Shown here piece by piece: positions 39,723 to 52,885 of a stretch of DNA of 64,000 nt. Below the pieces are notes generated by a model. That model saw only the letters and a program-made list of their open reading frames with translations, searched no databases and was not told where the DNA came from. Location of the stretch: assembly GCA_002269645.1 (NCBI GenBank), contig NIVC01001815.1, positions 11,739-75,738 of the forward strand. The letters are read 5' to 3'. The translations under genes and the position numbers were made by a program. Origin of the DNA: Macrostomum lignano. Taxonomy: Eukaryota. Numbering within the stretch: the first letter of the stretch is position 1; every line of letters begins with the position of its first letter.

Positions 39723-40351
39723 CAATGGTAAGGTTAGAGTTCGTTGAACCAAAATAATGAACGAAAGTTAAAAATAAAATTGAATCATAAGGTGACGTCA
39801 TCTGTATTTGTTTCTATAAATAGATGGGTGTGCAAACTTTCGCGCATTTTAATTTCCTATTGGCTGGCCCTGGAGGCAGCGGGTTGATTTCAACTGTTAT
39901 TGCACTTTGTTGATAAACAATCGCTACAGACTGCTGTTAGTAGACATGTTAGCTTTTTATGTAATATTTCTATCCAACTGTAGTACTTGGTTGTTTTGTT
40001 GCGGACAACTTCATTTTCACCGCTCCTTACTTAGTTGAATCGTTGAATTTTCTTTATTACGTAATAAGTTTGATTCTGTCGTGTTCCGCCTTTTGTTGAT
40101 TCCCCAGACAGCCACCATTCGCAATAAAGCGCCCTTCTTAATCCATTTATTTAGATTTTGAATCATTTTCGAAGTTCGAAATTATATTTAAATAAAATAA
40201 TAATATTATTTTAAGATTATGCTTTTCCTTAATCAATTTGAATCACATTAAATAATGGCTTTGATTTATCTCAATGGTTTTTCGTGCATCCCAAATGCTG
40301 TGAAATGCGAACAATATGTTTAAATCAAAAACACTAACCTACGGTTCTAAA

Positions 40352-40585
40352 TCCCAATCCAGAATCCCAATCTAGAATCCCCATCCAGAATCCCCATCCA
40401 GAATCCCCATCCAGAATCCCCATCCAGAATCCCAATCCAGAATCCCCATCCAGAATCCCCATCCAGAATCCCCATCCAGAATCCCCATCCAGAATCCCAA
40501 TCCAGAATCCTAATCCAGAATCCCAATCCAGAATCCCAATCTACAATCCCAATTCAGAATCCCAATCCAGAATCCCAACCTAGCA
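40352..40585. repeat. 13-bp minisatellite
   Basis: Unit ATCCAGAATCCC(C/A). Confidence 0.94.
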
Positions 40586-40907
40586 TCCCAAACCCAGAGC
40601 TAAAATTTAAACTCAGAATCTCAAATATATATTAAGACGCAACTCGCTGGCTCAGCCATGGACGGCTAATTAACATGGATACTTGATAAGAAAATCGGCC
40701 AAAGAGATTCCAGAAGAATGAATACCAAAGGCACGGTAAGTTTTTGTAGCCCTCTATTTTAGTCTATGGCTAAAAGTGTCCCTGAGGAGCCAGAGCTCTC
40801 AATCTGCAGCCAGATGTGAATTAATCAGCGATTGGCAACGCAAAACGGCCGACAGGAACTCCCTCAGTGTGCAGCCATTTTTATTAGACTGAAACAGCTG
40901 AAGTGCC

Positions 40908-41366
40908 ATGGCAGCAATGTTCGAGCCGGACTACTGCGGCCCTGTCGACGACCTCCAGGAGCATCGGCAGCAGCTGCAGTCGGACAGCGTCAACTGGAAG
41001 GACTGCATCCACCGGTGGAAGCGAAGCCGGGAGAAGTGGCGCAGGGAGGCGCTCAGCCTTCAGCAGCAGACTTTCGAGGCGGCGCGCAGCGCCAGCCACT
41101 GGCGGGAGCGTAGCGGCCTGACGCAGGCGGAGCTGCGCAAAGCGCGGGAGCAGCTGACTGACTGGCATCGGGAGACGCAGCGCTGCAGAGAGGCGGCCAG
41201 GCAGTGGAAATGCGAAGCGGTCAGGTGGCGCGAGATGGCGAGAGCCTGGAAGCGGCAGTGCTGCGACCTGCTGGAGCAGAAGGACGATCAGCAGATTGCT
41301 CAGCTGAGCCAGGCTCGGCAGAGGCACTGCGCCGAGTTGCGGCAGCCATACGCATCGACCTGGTGA
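40908..41366 (+). CDS. Orphan 152-aa Trp-rich coiled-coil protein, single coding exon
   Basis: GC-rich third positions like the other genes here; GCCATGG start context with an in-frame upstream stop; upstream donor at 40736 and acceptors at 40887/40897; AT-rich flanks. No family recognised. Confidence 0.7.
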   Translation: MAAMFEPDYCGPVDDLQEHRQQLQSDSVNWKDCIHRWKRSREKWRREALSLQQQTFEAARSASHWRERSGLTQAELRKAREQLTDWHRETQRCREAARQWKCEAVRWREMARAWKRQCCDLLEQKDDQQIAQLSQARQRHCAELRQPYASTW

Positions 41367-41636
41367 CCCGCGCAGGCGTTCGCCCGTTTTTTAAATCTCG
41401 TATAAAAATGCGTCTTTTGATCAGTTGGGTTTGAACAAATTTTTTTCACTGGTAATTTTGCAACCGCAAATACACGACTACGGGAAGTGGACTGTTCATG
41501 GTCCAAGTTTTTTTTGCTTTTTTTCTCAATGCTCTGCGAGCTTTTGCTGATTAAACTTTGACTTTAAAGTGCGAATTCAATTCTTCTTTTGCCAAATTTT
41601 GGCAGAAATTTGACAGAAATTTTTGTGTCGAACTAA

Positions 41637-42190
41637 AACCATCCTCACTTCCACCTCACTGCAATACCCACCTCACTCCTGCACCCACCTCACTCCTGCA
41701 CCCACCTCACTCCTGCACCCACCTCACTCCTGCACCCACCTCACTTCTGCACCCACCTCACTTCTGCACCCACCTCACTCCTGCACCCACCTCACTCCTG
41801 CACCCACCTCACTCCTGCACCCACCTCACTCCTGCACCCACCTCACTTCTGCACCCACCTCACTCCTGCACCCACCTCACTCCTGCACCCACCTCACTTC
41901 TGCACCCACCTCACTCCTGCACCCACCTCACTCCTGCACCCACCTCACTTCTGCACCCACCTCACTCCTGCACCCACCTCACTCCTGCACCCACCTCACT
42001 CCTGCACCCACCTCACTTCTGCACCCACCTCACTCCTGCACCCACCTCACTCCTGCACCCACCTCACTCCTGCACCCTCCTCACTCCTGCACCCACCTCA
42101 CTCCTGCACCCACCTCACTCCTGCACCCACCTCATTTCTGCACTCACCTCACTCCTGCACCCAACTCACTCTGCAGCCTCCTCTTTACTG
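41637..42190. repeat. 17-bp minisatellite
   Basis: Unit CACCCACCTCACTCCTG. Confidence 0.96.
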
Positions 42191-43084
42191 CACTCTTACT
42201 CACTCTCGAAGCACATTCATCAATCAAGCATTTCAACCAGCTTCTTTTTCACCGGTTCTATTGAATAAACACTTTTAGTGTACATTAAAGTACGTTGAAA
42301 TATCAATTTAGGCTATTGCTTTTCCAGAGGAATCCAAAATGTTTAGATGAATTGTTGAAAGTCTTGAAGGTCTCAAGTGTACATAGGAACTGTGCTCGTA
42401 CACAAGTCTGCCCTGTGGAGCCAAGCTGGCAGTCAAAACAAGTCGGCACAATGATCGCTTTTATTTTTTGCCAGCTCAAAAAATCTCGACCATACTAGCT
42501 GGCTAGACAGTCCACCGACTTTGCTTCTTCAAGCACTCGCGCGCACCACCCACTGGGAGCAATTGGCCAACCTTGGTGAAGCCTTCTCTCGGATCCTTTA
42601 ACTGGAGAGCGCGGCGGCTCCGGCTCCCGGCTACCCGACACTCGAGAGCTCGCGATCCTCTGGGGGGGGGAGTGGAAGTATTTGTGAGGAAGGGGATCGA
42701 GGCCCGGGGTATGGGCCGCCGCAAACTCGAGTGGCTCAATTTGGGGCGTTGCTGCGCAGCCTCGCTCTCTCTCTTCTCCCCCATCTCCTAGCCGCCATTA
42801 GTGCCCGAATCGTCTCTTTCTCTAGAGATCTCTGCTCGTTCCTTCGAGACAGCTCAAGCAGAAGCAGCGGCAGCTGCAACCTTAGTCAGCAACAAACTGC
42901 AGCGAAGGCGCTGCTAATTCTGACCTGAACTTGACCGGGCATCGAGTGGGCAGCGTCTGAATGAGCTGCAGCTCTGATTGCAACTGGCAGTCTGGCTTTT
43001 AGCAATATCGGCGCCATGACTGATTCTGTTTTATATTTTATTTCTAGTAGCTATGATGACAAAGTTGTGACGGCTGCTCCCGGT

Positions 43085-43958
43085 GTGGTGAGTGAGGTGG
43101 CTGTTAAGTGAGGTGGCTGTGAAGTGAGGTAGATATGAAATGATGTGGATATGGAGCGAGGTGGCTGTGGAGCGAGGTGGCTGTGGAGTGAGGTGGCTGT
43201 GGAGTGAGGTGGCTGTGGAGTGAGGTGGCTGTGGAGTGAGGTGCCTGTGGAGTGAGGTGGATGCGGAATGAGGTGGATATGGAGCGAGGTGGCTGTGGAG
43301 TGAGGTGGGTGTGGAGTGAGGTGGCTGTTAAGTGAGGTGGATGTGGAATGAGTTGGATATGGAATGATGTGGATATGGAGCGAGGTGGCTGTGGAGTGAG
43401 GTGGGTGTGGAGTGAGGTGGCTGTGGAGCGAGGTGGCTATGGAGTGAGGTGGCTGTGGAGTGAGGTAGATATGGAATGATGTGGATATGGAGCGAGGTGG
43501 CTGTGGAGTGAGGTGGCTGTGGAGTGAGGTGGCTGTGGAGTGAGGTGGATATGGAATGATGTGGATATGGAGTGAGGTGGCTGTGTAGTGAGGTGGCTGT
43601 GGAGTGAGGTGGCTGTTAAGTGAGGTGGCTGTGAAGTGAGGTGGCTGTGGAGTGAGGTGGATATGAAGTGAGGTGGCTGTGGAGTGAGGTGGATATGAAG
43701 TGAGGTGGCTGTGGAGTGAGGTGGCTGTGGAGCGAGGTGGCTGTGGAGCGAGGTGGCTATGGAGTGAGGTGGCTGTGGAGTGAGGTAGATATGGAATGAT
43801 GTGGATATGGAGTGAGGTGGCTGTGTAGTGAGGTGGCTGTGGAGTGAGGTGGCTGTTAAGTGAGGTGGCTGTGAAGTGAGGTGGCTGTGAAGTGAGGTGG
43901 CTGTGGAGTGAGGTGGATATGAAGTGAGGTGGCTGTGGAGTGAGGTGGCTGTTAAGTG
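43085..43958. repeat. Degenerate 16-bp minisatellite
   Basis: Unit GGAGTGAGGTGGCTGT with variants. Confidence 0.95.
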
Positions 43959-44464
43959 AAGACTCCTGTTTAATGAAGAGTAGGGCAACTATTACAAAGC
44001 CTATTTGTCCATTTTTCTCGGTATCGTCACTTCCTTGAGCAGGTCTCAGTGCATACTTGTTATTCCGATTAGGTAAACTGCATGACCGGTAGCCCACTTC
44101 ATACTTGGAACTGGTATACAAGTGAACAGAATGCATTGGATGCTCTTGGATAAATGGCCATGTCGAATCGATGGAAATTAATTTACTGTCTGGGATTTCT
44201 TGCCCAATTGGGTCTTAGGAGCTGCGAGCCGCGGAGGCAATCAGAGACTCAATTGTTGTCAAATGCTCTCTGATGTGACACAACCTCTTCAATTTAATTC
44301 GACTCACTCGGGCAATACATTCCCCAACTCTGCTGATGATCATGGCCGGTTTGTTGACCCTGTTATTATGCCCTCTCGGACATTACTTGAGCGTCTTGCT
44401 TGCAGGTTGATAGATTGATAAAATAAAGGTGCTCGCCTAGACTTAAAGGTATAAACTTTTTTCT

Positions 44465-44850
44465 CAATGTCACTCCTTCACCAAAATCATCAATGTCACT
44501 CCCTCACTCGGGTCCTCAATGTCACTCCCTCACTCGGGTCCTCAATGTCACTCCCTCACTCGGGTCCTCAATTTCACTCCCTCACTCGGGTCCTCAATTT
44601 CACTCCCTCACTCTGGTCCTCAATTTCACTCCCTCGCCCAGATCCTCAATGTCACTCCCTCACCCAGATCCTCAATGTCACTCCCTCACCCAGATCCTCA
44701 ATGCCACTCCCTCACCCAGATCCTCAATGTCACTCCCTCAGCCAGATCCTCAATGTCACTCCCTCAGCCAGATCCTCAATGTCACTCCCTCACCCAGATC
44801 CTCAATGCCACTCCCTCACCCAGATCCTCAATGTCACTCCCTCAGCCAAT
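44465..44850. repeat. 26-bp minisatellite
   Basis: Unit TCAATGTCACTCCCTCACCCAGATCC; 5' copies carry CTCGGGTCC. Confidence 0.94.
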
Positions 44851-45440
44851 GCACAATTCCCGGATCTGCAGCCGCCCCAGACCCATAATCAGTGACCGGT
44901 CAGATTCAAAGCAAATTCAAGGCACAAAATGATGCGCTTGAGTAGCGTCGAGTCTCCATAATAGAATTAAAACTGAAGCAGCTTCGAATTCGTGGAAATG
45001 TAATTAAAAGTTAGCACGGAATTGTCCGAGTTCTACTCGGGTCACGGCAGGCGCGGCGCTCTAAAGGCATCGGGGTGGGTCTACCGCGATATCCGCTGGC
45101 AGGAATTTCTCCAGTCAGCTTTTTTCTTCTCAAAAAAGTCTCAAAAAGAAAAAAGAAAGTTTGATGAAAGGCTTGGGTGAGAGCAGCTGACTCTGATGCG
45201 GAACACGAGCGAGCATTGTCTTTTCGATAATGCTCATTTATCCCACGGGTTCCGCACCTGCCAGCCTGCGCATCTCCGATCTCCGCAGCATGAGTCATCA
45301 GCTGCTGTGCTCTGGCTCGCGAAAAAGGAGAGAGAGAGTGATCGGATTGCCGCTTTTACAAGGCTTCTCGGAGCAGGCGAAGCCAGCTATCATTACTCTG
45401 CTTGCCGTTCTCAGATCTGCATTCTGTCTCAAGTAAAAAT

Positions 45441-46092
45441 AATGGATTGCTAACCTAGCCAACATCACGGATACAGGAATAGAATGGATTGCTAATCTAG
45501 CCGACATCACGGATACAGGAATAGAATGGATTGCTAACCTAGCCGACATCACGGATGCAGGAATTAAATGGATTGCTAATCTAGCCAATATCACGGATGC
45601 AGGAATGGAATGGATTGCTATTCTAGCCGACATCACGGATACAGGAATAGAATGGATTGCTAATCTAGCCGACATCACGGATACAGGAATAGAATGGATT
45701 GCTAATCTAGCCGACATCACGGATGCAGGAATGGAATGGATTGCTAACCTAGCCGACATCACGGATGCAGGAATGGAATGGATTGCTAACCTAGCCGACA
45801 TCACGGATGCAGGAATTAAATGGATTGCTATTCTAGCCAATATCACGGATGCAGGAATGGAATGGATTGCTATTCTAGCCGACATCACGGATGCAGGAAT
45901 AGAATGGATTGCTAATCTAGCCGACATCACGGATGCAGGAATAGAATGGATTGCTAATCTAGCCGACATCACGGATGCAGGAATTAAATGGATTGCTAAT
46001 CTAGCCAACACCACGGATGCAGGAATAGAATGGATTGCTAATCTAGCCAACACCACGGATGCAGGAATAGAATGGATTGCTAATTTGGCTAG
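45441..46092. repeat. 42-bp minisatellite, about 15 copies
   Basis: Unit ATGGATTGCTAATCTAGCCGACATCACGGATGCAGGAATAGA. Confidence 0.95.
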
Positions 46093-46477
46093 TCTAAAGA
46101 ATATACAATCCATTTCGCAGGGTACGTGGGTTGATGACCAATTGAACTTTGGTTTTATTTACCGGTATGGAAAAGATTTTCAAAAGTCACACTTTATATT
46201 TTCAAGACTTAAGAGAACAGTTATTGAGACTCAGCTTCTGTTCCATCAGTCACAAAAACAGCATTTTCCTGTCCTATCGCTTCTTCTACAGAAATTTACA
46301 CTATAGTGATGAATAGCTCAGAATTTTAAGGAGTTTTTAAGGAGGCATACAGGAAGTGAAGCGTTTGCGAATTGAAGAGGGGGTGAAGTGAAAATGGGAG
46401 ATTGACAGGTCAGAGGAGTGAGTGGCGTGAGATATAAATTGAAGTGAGATTGTAAAACTGAGACCCGGCTTTTAGCC

Positions 46478-46595
46478 AGTGACTGCCTCATTTAGTGAGT
46501 GACTGCCTCATTTAGTGAGTGACTGTCTCATTTAGTGAGTGACTGCCTCATTTAGTGAGTGACTGTCTCATTTAGTGAGTGACTGCCTCATTTAG
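46478..46595. repeat. 20-bp tandem repeat, about 6 copies
   Basis: Unit AGTGACTG(C/T)CTCATTTAGTG. Confidence 0.92.
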
Positions 46596-47889
46596 AATTT
46601 ATGGCTTAATAAATTTATCATAATCTCATTAATAAGTTCTAAAATCATGAGTTCATGACTGAAACCGAGTCAATTAGTGAGTTTATCAGTTTACGGGAGA
46701 GCTGATTAATTAGACTGAGTTTCATTAGTTCATGAGTGAGGTCATAAATTAAAGAATTAAAAAAATAAATATTACAGTTTGATCGCAGGTGAGTTCACGA
46801 ATGTGTGTGTGAGTCATTTTTCTATGAACTTGGACAAGTAAAACAAACAGATTCTCCCAGATGCCTCACGCTTCATCAACACACGTCTCCAAACTGCTCG
46901 GCTGGAGTGCTTCTGCTTTGAGCACTGCTCATCTCAAAGGCAGCAAAGGCCCCATAGCCTGAGCGCGGGTTTCCTTTGATTTAGTCCCGCGCTGGGCCAA
47001 AAATATCATTAGCCTGCTCCCCCAGACAGTCTCAGCTTCATCATCAATTTTTGTGCAAGCGGGCGATCTTTAATCCTCAGCTCAAAATCCCCAGTTGCCC
47101 GCCCGGACCCTCTGCCATCTCAAGAATTTCCTGAATCATCTTCATCTTGAAAAAATCGGAGGAGGGGGACTTAAAAAAATGGCTTCCCCCACCCTCAGCG
47201 GGGGGTCTCGCGCACCTGGGGAAGCTGGGGCAGGGAAAACGCCAAGCCGATCGATCCGCCATTTCTTCGCCAAAAATAATTTATTTGCCAATGGGTTCTG
47301 CTCAGTTAGAAAAAAGTGAGAATGAGAAGAAAGAGGAGGAGGAGAGGTAAAAAGTCCAAGCCCGGGCTACCAGCTGCCGCCCGCCTGAGGGTCACTTCGC
47401 GAGGGCCTGTCGGGGCTCCTGATCCAGCCTCTTAGATGAGGAAGAAGTGAGGACGGCAGCAGATGGGGGTGCAAAGTGAGGAATTTGAAACAAGACAGGC
47501 TGGCCGCTTTGAGATCAAGAAAGAGTTGGCTGGTCCCGCGTCTCGTGCTCAGCTAGCTGCATCAAGTTGCAGCAAGTGAGAGATGGCATGTGGATTCTGG
47601 GTGACCTGGCTCTCGGCTTCAGTCCAGCTTCATTTCTTGCCGGCAAAGTGCTAGTAGTTGCTCACTCACTCTCCAACTCACTTTCACTCACTTTCTCCAG
47701 CATTCACTGAATCTCTCACTCATTCACTTGTCGGGGCATCACAAACCCGAAATATCACAAACCCAAATTATAACTCCAAAAGTGCTAGCAATGTCCAACG
47801 CTATTCTGGTTTTCGGGGGTTATGATATTTCGGGTTTATGATGGCGACCTATTCACTTATCTCTTATTCCCCAGGGACTTTTTTATATT

Positions 47890-49390
47890 ATCACCAATTC
47901 ACTCACTCTCTCACCAATTCACTCACTCTCTCTCACCAATTCACTCACTCTCTCACCAATTCACCCACTCTCTCACCAATTCACCCACTCTCTCACCAAT
48001 TCACTCACTCTCTCACCAATTCACTCCCTCTCTCACCAATTCAACCACTCTCTCACCAATTCACCCACTCTCTCACCAATTCACTCACTCTCTCACCAAT
48101 TCACCCACTGTCTCACCAATTCACTCACTGTCTCAACAATTCACCCACTGTCTCACCAATTCACCCACTGTCTCACCAATTCACCCACTCTCTCACCAAT
48201 TCACCCACTGTCTCACCAATTCACCCACTGTCTCACCAATTCACTCACTGTCTCACCAATTCACCCACTCTCTCACCAATTCACCCACTGTCTCACCAAT
48301 TCACTCACTCTCTCACTAATTCACCCACTCTCTCACCAATTCACTCACTCTCTCACCAATTCACTCACTCTCTCACCAATTCACTCCTCACTCTCTCACC
48401 AATTCACTCACTCTCTCACCAATTCATCCACTCTCTCACCAATTCACCCACTCTCTCACCAATTCACTCACTGTCTCACCAATTCACCCACTGTCTCACC
48501 AATTCAACCACTCTCTCACCAATTCACCCACTCTCTCACCAATTCACTCACTCTCTCACCAATTCACCCACTGTCTCACCAATTCACTCACTGTCTCAAC
48601 AATTCACTCACTCTCTCACCAATTCACTCACTCTCTCACCAATTCACCCACTCTCTCACCAATTCACTCACTCTCTCACCAATTCACCCACTCTCTCACC
48701 AATTCACTCACTCTCTCACCAATTCACTCCTCACTCTCTCACCAATTCACTCACTCTCTCACCAATTCATCCACTCTCTCACCAATTCACCCACTCTCTC
48801 ACCAATTCACTCACTCTCTCACCAATTCACTCCCTCTCTCACCAATTCAACCACTCTCTCACCAATTCACCCACTCTCTCACCAATTCACTCACTCTCTC
48901 ACCAATTCACCCACTGTCTCACCAATTCACTCACTGTCTCAACAATTCACCCACTGTCTCACCAATTCACCCACTGTCTCACCAATTCACCCACTCTCTC
49001 ACCAATTCACTCACTCTCTCACCAATTCACTCACTCTCTCACCAATTCACTCACTCTCTCACCAATTCACCCACTCTCTCACCAATTCACTCACTCTCTC
49101 ACCAATTCACTCACTCTCTCACCAATTCACCCACTCTCTCACCAATTCACTCACTCTCTCACCAATTCACTCACTGTCTCACCAATTCACCCACTGTCTC
49201 ACCAATTCACCCACTGTCTCACCAATTCACCCACTCTCTCACCAATTCACCCACTGTCTCACCAATTCACCCACTGTCTCACCAATTCACTCACTGTCTC
49301 ACCAGTTCACTCACTCTCTCACCAATTCACTCACTCTCTCACGAATTCACCCACTCTCTCACCAATTCACTCTCTCTCTTACCAATTCAA
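47890..49390. repeat. 20-bp pyrimidine-rich minisatellite, about 75 copies
   Basis: Unit CACCAATTCAC(T/C)CACT(C/G)TCT. Confidence 0.97.
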
Positions 49391-49609
49391 TTACCTTTTC
49401 TCTCCTTTTATCACTTTGTCATCTCGCTTCCCTATTAGTCCATTTTCCACCCACTTGTCAAATGCGAAGCCCTCAGACAATTGTGAAACTGTAACAAAGG
49501 AGATCCACAGGGGATTTGTTTGCTTCCGGATTGACTACAAAACCAGAGGCCAAGCAAAGAAGGCAGCCAGAATAATAAGATATGAATCGCGGCAAGTCGA
49601 GCAGATCCT

Positions 49610-49775
49610 ATTGGCCAATCTGTCAGCCAATCAGCGGCGTAGACATGTTTCTTTTAGAAGAAGTAGCTTGCAACGCGGTGAGAGGTGAATTAGCTGAGAG
49701 CCAGGCCAGCAGGGCATAAGAAAAAAGCAGATAACATACCAATGGCAACGCCACAGCTCGGCCTATTAAATTAGG
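49610..49775 (+). promoter_or_regulatory. Possible protocadherin core promoter (two CCAAT boxes and a TATA-like TATTAAA)
   Basis: GGCCAATC and AGCCAATC at about 49613-49632; TATTAAA at about 49764, some 30 nt before ATG 49797. Motif-only evidence. Confidence 0.3.
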
Positions 49776-49796
49776 ATTATTTAACCGAAAGAAGAA

Positions 49797-52700
49797 ATGC
49801 CCGCCAAGCAGCAGAGCCGCCTCGCCAGCGTCCACCTGCTCCTGGTGCTGCTGGCGACGCCGGCCTCCGCTCAGGCGGACGTCGGCATCAGCATCAGCCT
49901 GGGTGACAACGTGAACTTCAAAACGCTGGTCGGCCAGCTGTACACCCTCGACAGCCGCCTGCCGCCGCCGCCCTACCAGTCCGCCCGCCTGGAGCCGCAA
50001 TCAAAGAGCCCGGACAACCTGTTCACCGTGGACCGGCAGGGCGCCATCTCCGCCAACCGCGACGTGGACCGAGACGAGCTCTGCGGCCTCCTGGACTGCT
50101 GCGAGAAGTCCGACTGCGTCCTGGACTATCAACTCGAGCTGCGGGCGGCGCCGGGCTCCCGGCCGATCCTTCGCCTGCTGCGCATTGTCCTGAACGACGA
50201 GAACGACCAGCCGCCTGCGTTCCGCAGCATGCAGCCAATCGACGTGCCCGAGGACGCCAACGGGACGGTGATCGACCTGCCCGCGGCGGAGGACCGCGAC
50301 TCGCCCGCGTTCGGCGTGGCCAACTACAGCCTGGAGGACCCCAGCGGCACCTTCGCGCTGGTGGACACGTCCGGGGCCGGGCAGCCGCGTCTGCGCCTGA
50401 CGAAACCGCTGGACCGCGAGCGGCAGCCGCAGTACCAGATCACCCTGCGCGCCACCGACGGCCTCCGAACTGGCGCCGTGGTCATCACCGTCCGAGTCGG
50501 CGACGTCAATGACAACGCACCAGTCTTCAATACGCCGACGCAGACGCTGGAGATCCCGGAAAACTGGCCAGTCGGCGATAGGCTCACGACGCTCTCGGTA
50601 GACGATCAGGACGACGGCGCCAACGCCGAGCTCCACCTGAAGATTGTCGCCGTAACACCGTCGGAACTCGCTGGCCATTTCGAGGTGCTAAAAAAAGGGG
50701 CCTCCACCTGGGACCTCCACCTGCGCCGCCAGCTGGACTTTGAGCGGCCGGAGCAGCGCAGCGCCGTGGTGCTGATCGAGGCTCGGGACTCCGGTACCCC
50801 GGTACGTTCGGCCAGCGCCACCGTCACCGTCAACGTCAAAGACGTAAACGACAATCCGCCGATTATCGAGCAGTTGGCTGTGTACGACCTGTACGAGCAC
50901 AGGAGCGAAGGCGAGCTCATCATGACGCTGAAGGTGGTTGCTCAACTTTGACATGGGTCGACATGAGTATGGGGGGGGGGCGGCGAGACATAGCAGATAG
51001 AGCTCAGTACTGCTACTTTCTGTACCCTTCGAGAGACCCTGACAGTTTTTGTAAGACATCTTGTACTCTTTGAGAGGTCCGGACAGTCTATGTAGAACAT
51101 ATTGTACTCTTCGAGGGGGGCCCCGATAGTCCTCGGGTAAGGCCAAGACACGGGCAGGCCGTAGCGGCTTTGCCAAGTCTTTATAAAAACTGTTGGTCAC
51201 TAAAATTTTCTAACTCTCCATCCAACTCGTAGGTGACTGACGTAGACTCGGTGTCCCGTGGCAAGGTGACCTGCAAGCTACAGTCTAACCCAATGTTCAG
51301 TCTGAAAATATCTGACAACAACAACGCCGAGCGACAGTCGTCAGAGGCGACCACCTACAACTTATACAGCGCCACTCGCTTCGACTTCGAAGTGTCGCAG
51401 AACGTCTCCGTCGAGATCAGCTGCATGGACTCGGCCCAGCCAGTGCAGCCGGCCATCCGGCGGTTTGTAATTCCGATCCGGGAGACCAACGACTTCGCGC
51501 CGGCCTTCCCCCAGAGAAGCTACTTCGCCCAGGTGTCCGAGAGCCTGGCCTCTGGCCTCTCCGTGCTGACCGTGCAGGCGGTTGACAAGGACAAGGGCGA
51601 GAGCGGCCTGCTGTCCTACCGCCTGGACGCGGCTGGGAAGCAATTTTTCCGCATCGGTCAGCGCTCAGGCAATATCGAGCTGCTTCCCGGCGCCAGACTC
51701 GATCGCGAGCTCCAGCCAAGCCTGACGTTCCAAGTGATCGCTGAGGACTCCGGACATCCGTCGCAAAGCGCCTCCGCCTCCGTCATTGTCATCTTGTTGG
51801 ACGAAAACGACAACGCGCCGGCCTACGTGGGCCCGCCGGTCATGAGCGTGTCCGAGGACAGCTCGGTGGGTGCCCAGATCGGCCGCGTTGCGTTTCAAGA
51901 CCCGGACAAGGACGAGAACGGCACAGTTCGATTCAACCTGTTGCCAGGCCGGTACGTGCACAATGAGTACCTGCGCCTGAACGCTTCAACTGGAGCTCTG
52001 CTGCTGAAAGCTAAACTGGACCGGGAGCAGCAGCCGCGGTTGCTGGTGCTGCTGGGGGCCTCGGATCTCGGCAAGCCGCCTCGCTCGGCCACCGCCAGCT
52101 TGCAGATCGAGGTGCTGGACGTAAACGACAATGCCCCCGTGTTCACCGCGCCGCTGCCCGGCCAGATCATTGGAAGCGGTGTCCGCGACGGAGCAACTGG
52201 CAGCGAGGCGCAGTCTGCTGTCGCCACTCGGCTGCTCTACACGAACCTGCCCGAACGGTCCCTGGTGATTGAGGCGGTGGCCGCCGACCTTGACGCTGGC
52301 GACAACGGCACGGTGAGCTTCGGCCTGCGTCCGGGAACCAACGGCAGCCGGCTGTTCGGCGTGGATCCTGTCAAAGGCGAGCTGCACACTCTCTGGAAGC
52401 CGGACGACCCGTTAGGACCGCCGCAACCTGGCGTCTACGCTCTGACCCTGGTGGCCACCGATGGCGGCCTGCCCCGGCGCCTCTCCGGCAGCGTCACCTT
52501 CTACGTCCGGCTGACCGCGCCGCCCGGGTCGATGCACCGGTTCGGCGCTGCTGGCGCTGGCGGCGTCGCCATCCTGATCGTCATCATCGCGGCCACCGTG
52601 CTGATCGCGGCTGGCCTGGTGGCGGCCATCTTCTACGTGCGGGCTAAGTCTGCCGATGTCGCCTCGACTGGCGGCGTCGTTAGCGACGCACGCTTAGCAA

Positions 52701-52885
52701 CCGGCGACAGGCTGGCGAGGTCCAAGACACACGGCAGCGGCGGCGGCGGCGGCGGCGTTGTGGACGGCGGAGACGGCAACGGAGACGACTGCGGCGCTGA
52801 CGCGGACGCTGACACCGTCGGCGTGGCGGGCGACTTCTCCGTGGCCGGCTGGTCGCTCGGCCGGCCATCCGGGTCGCCAGCTGCG
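49797..52885 (+). CDS. Protocadherin (signal peptide, 7 cadherin repeats, TM, start of cytoplasmic tail); exons 49797-50933 and 51233-52885
   Basis: EC1 has DRDELC..C. Six DxND-type linkers (DENDQPP, DVNDNAP, DVNDNPP, ETNDFAP, DENDNAP, DVNDNAP) are followed by a seventh repeat. TM segment GVAILIVIIAATVLIAAGLVAAIFYV. Phase-0 intron 50934-51232; probable phase-0 donor GCG|GTGAGC after 52885. Confidence 0.93.

Noticed and set aside
46778-46788. 11-nt micro-exon candidate TTACAG|TTTGATCGCAG|GTGAGT
   Set aside because: The splice signals are good but it cannot be linked to any gene without transcript data.
47822-49688. 616-aa and 165-aa ORFs, and similar His/Thr/Pro/Ser-rich ORFs at 41.5-44.9, 55.8-56.4 and 60.2-61.1 kb
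   Set aside because: They are stop-free minisatellite or low-complexity translations with no splice or codon support.
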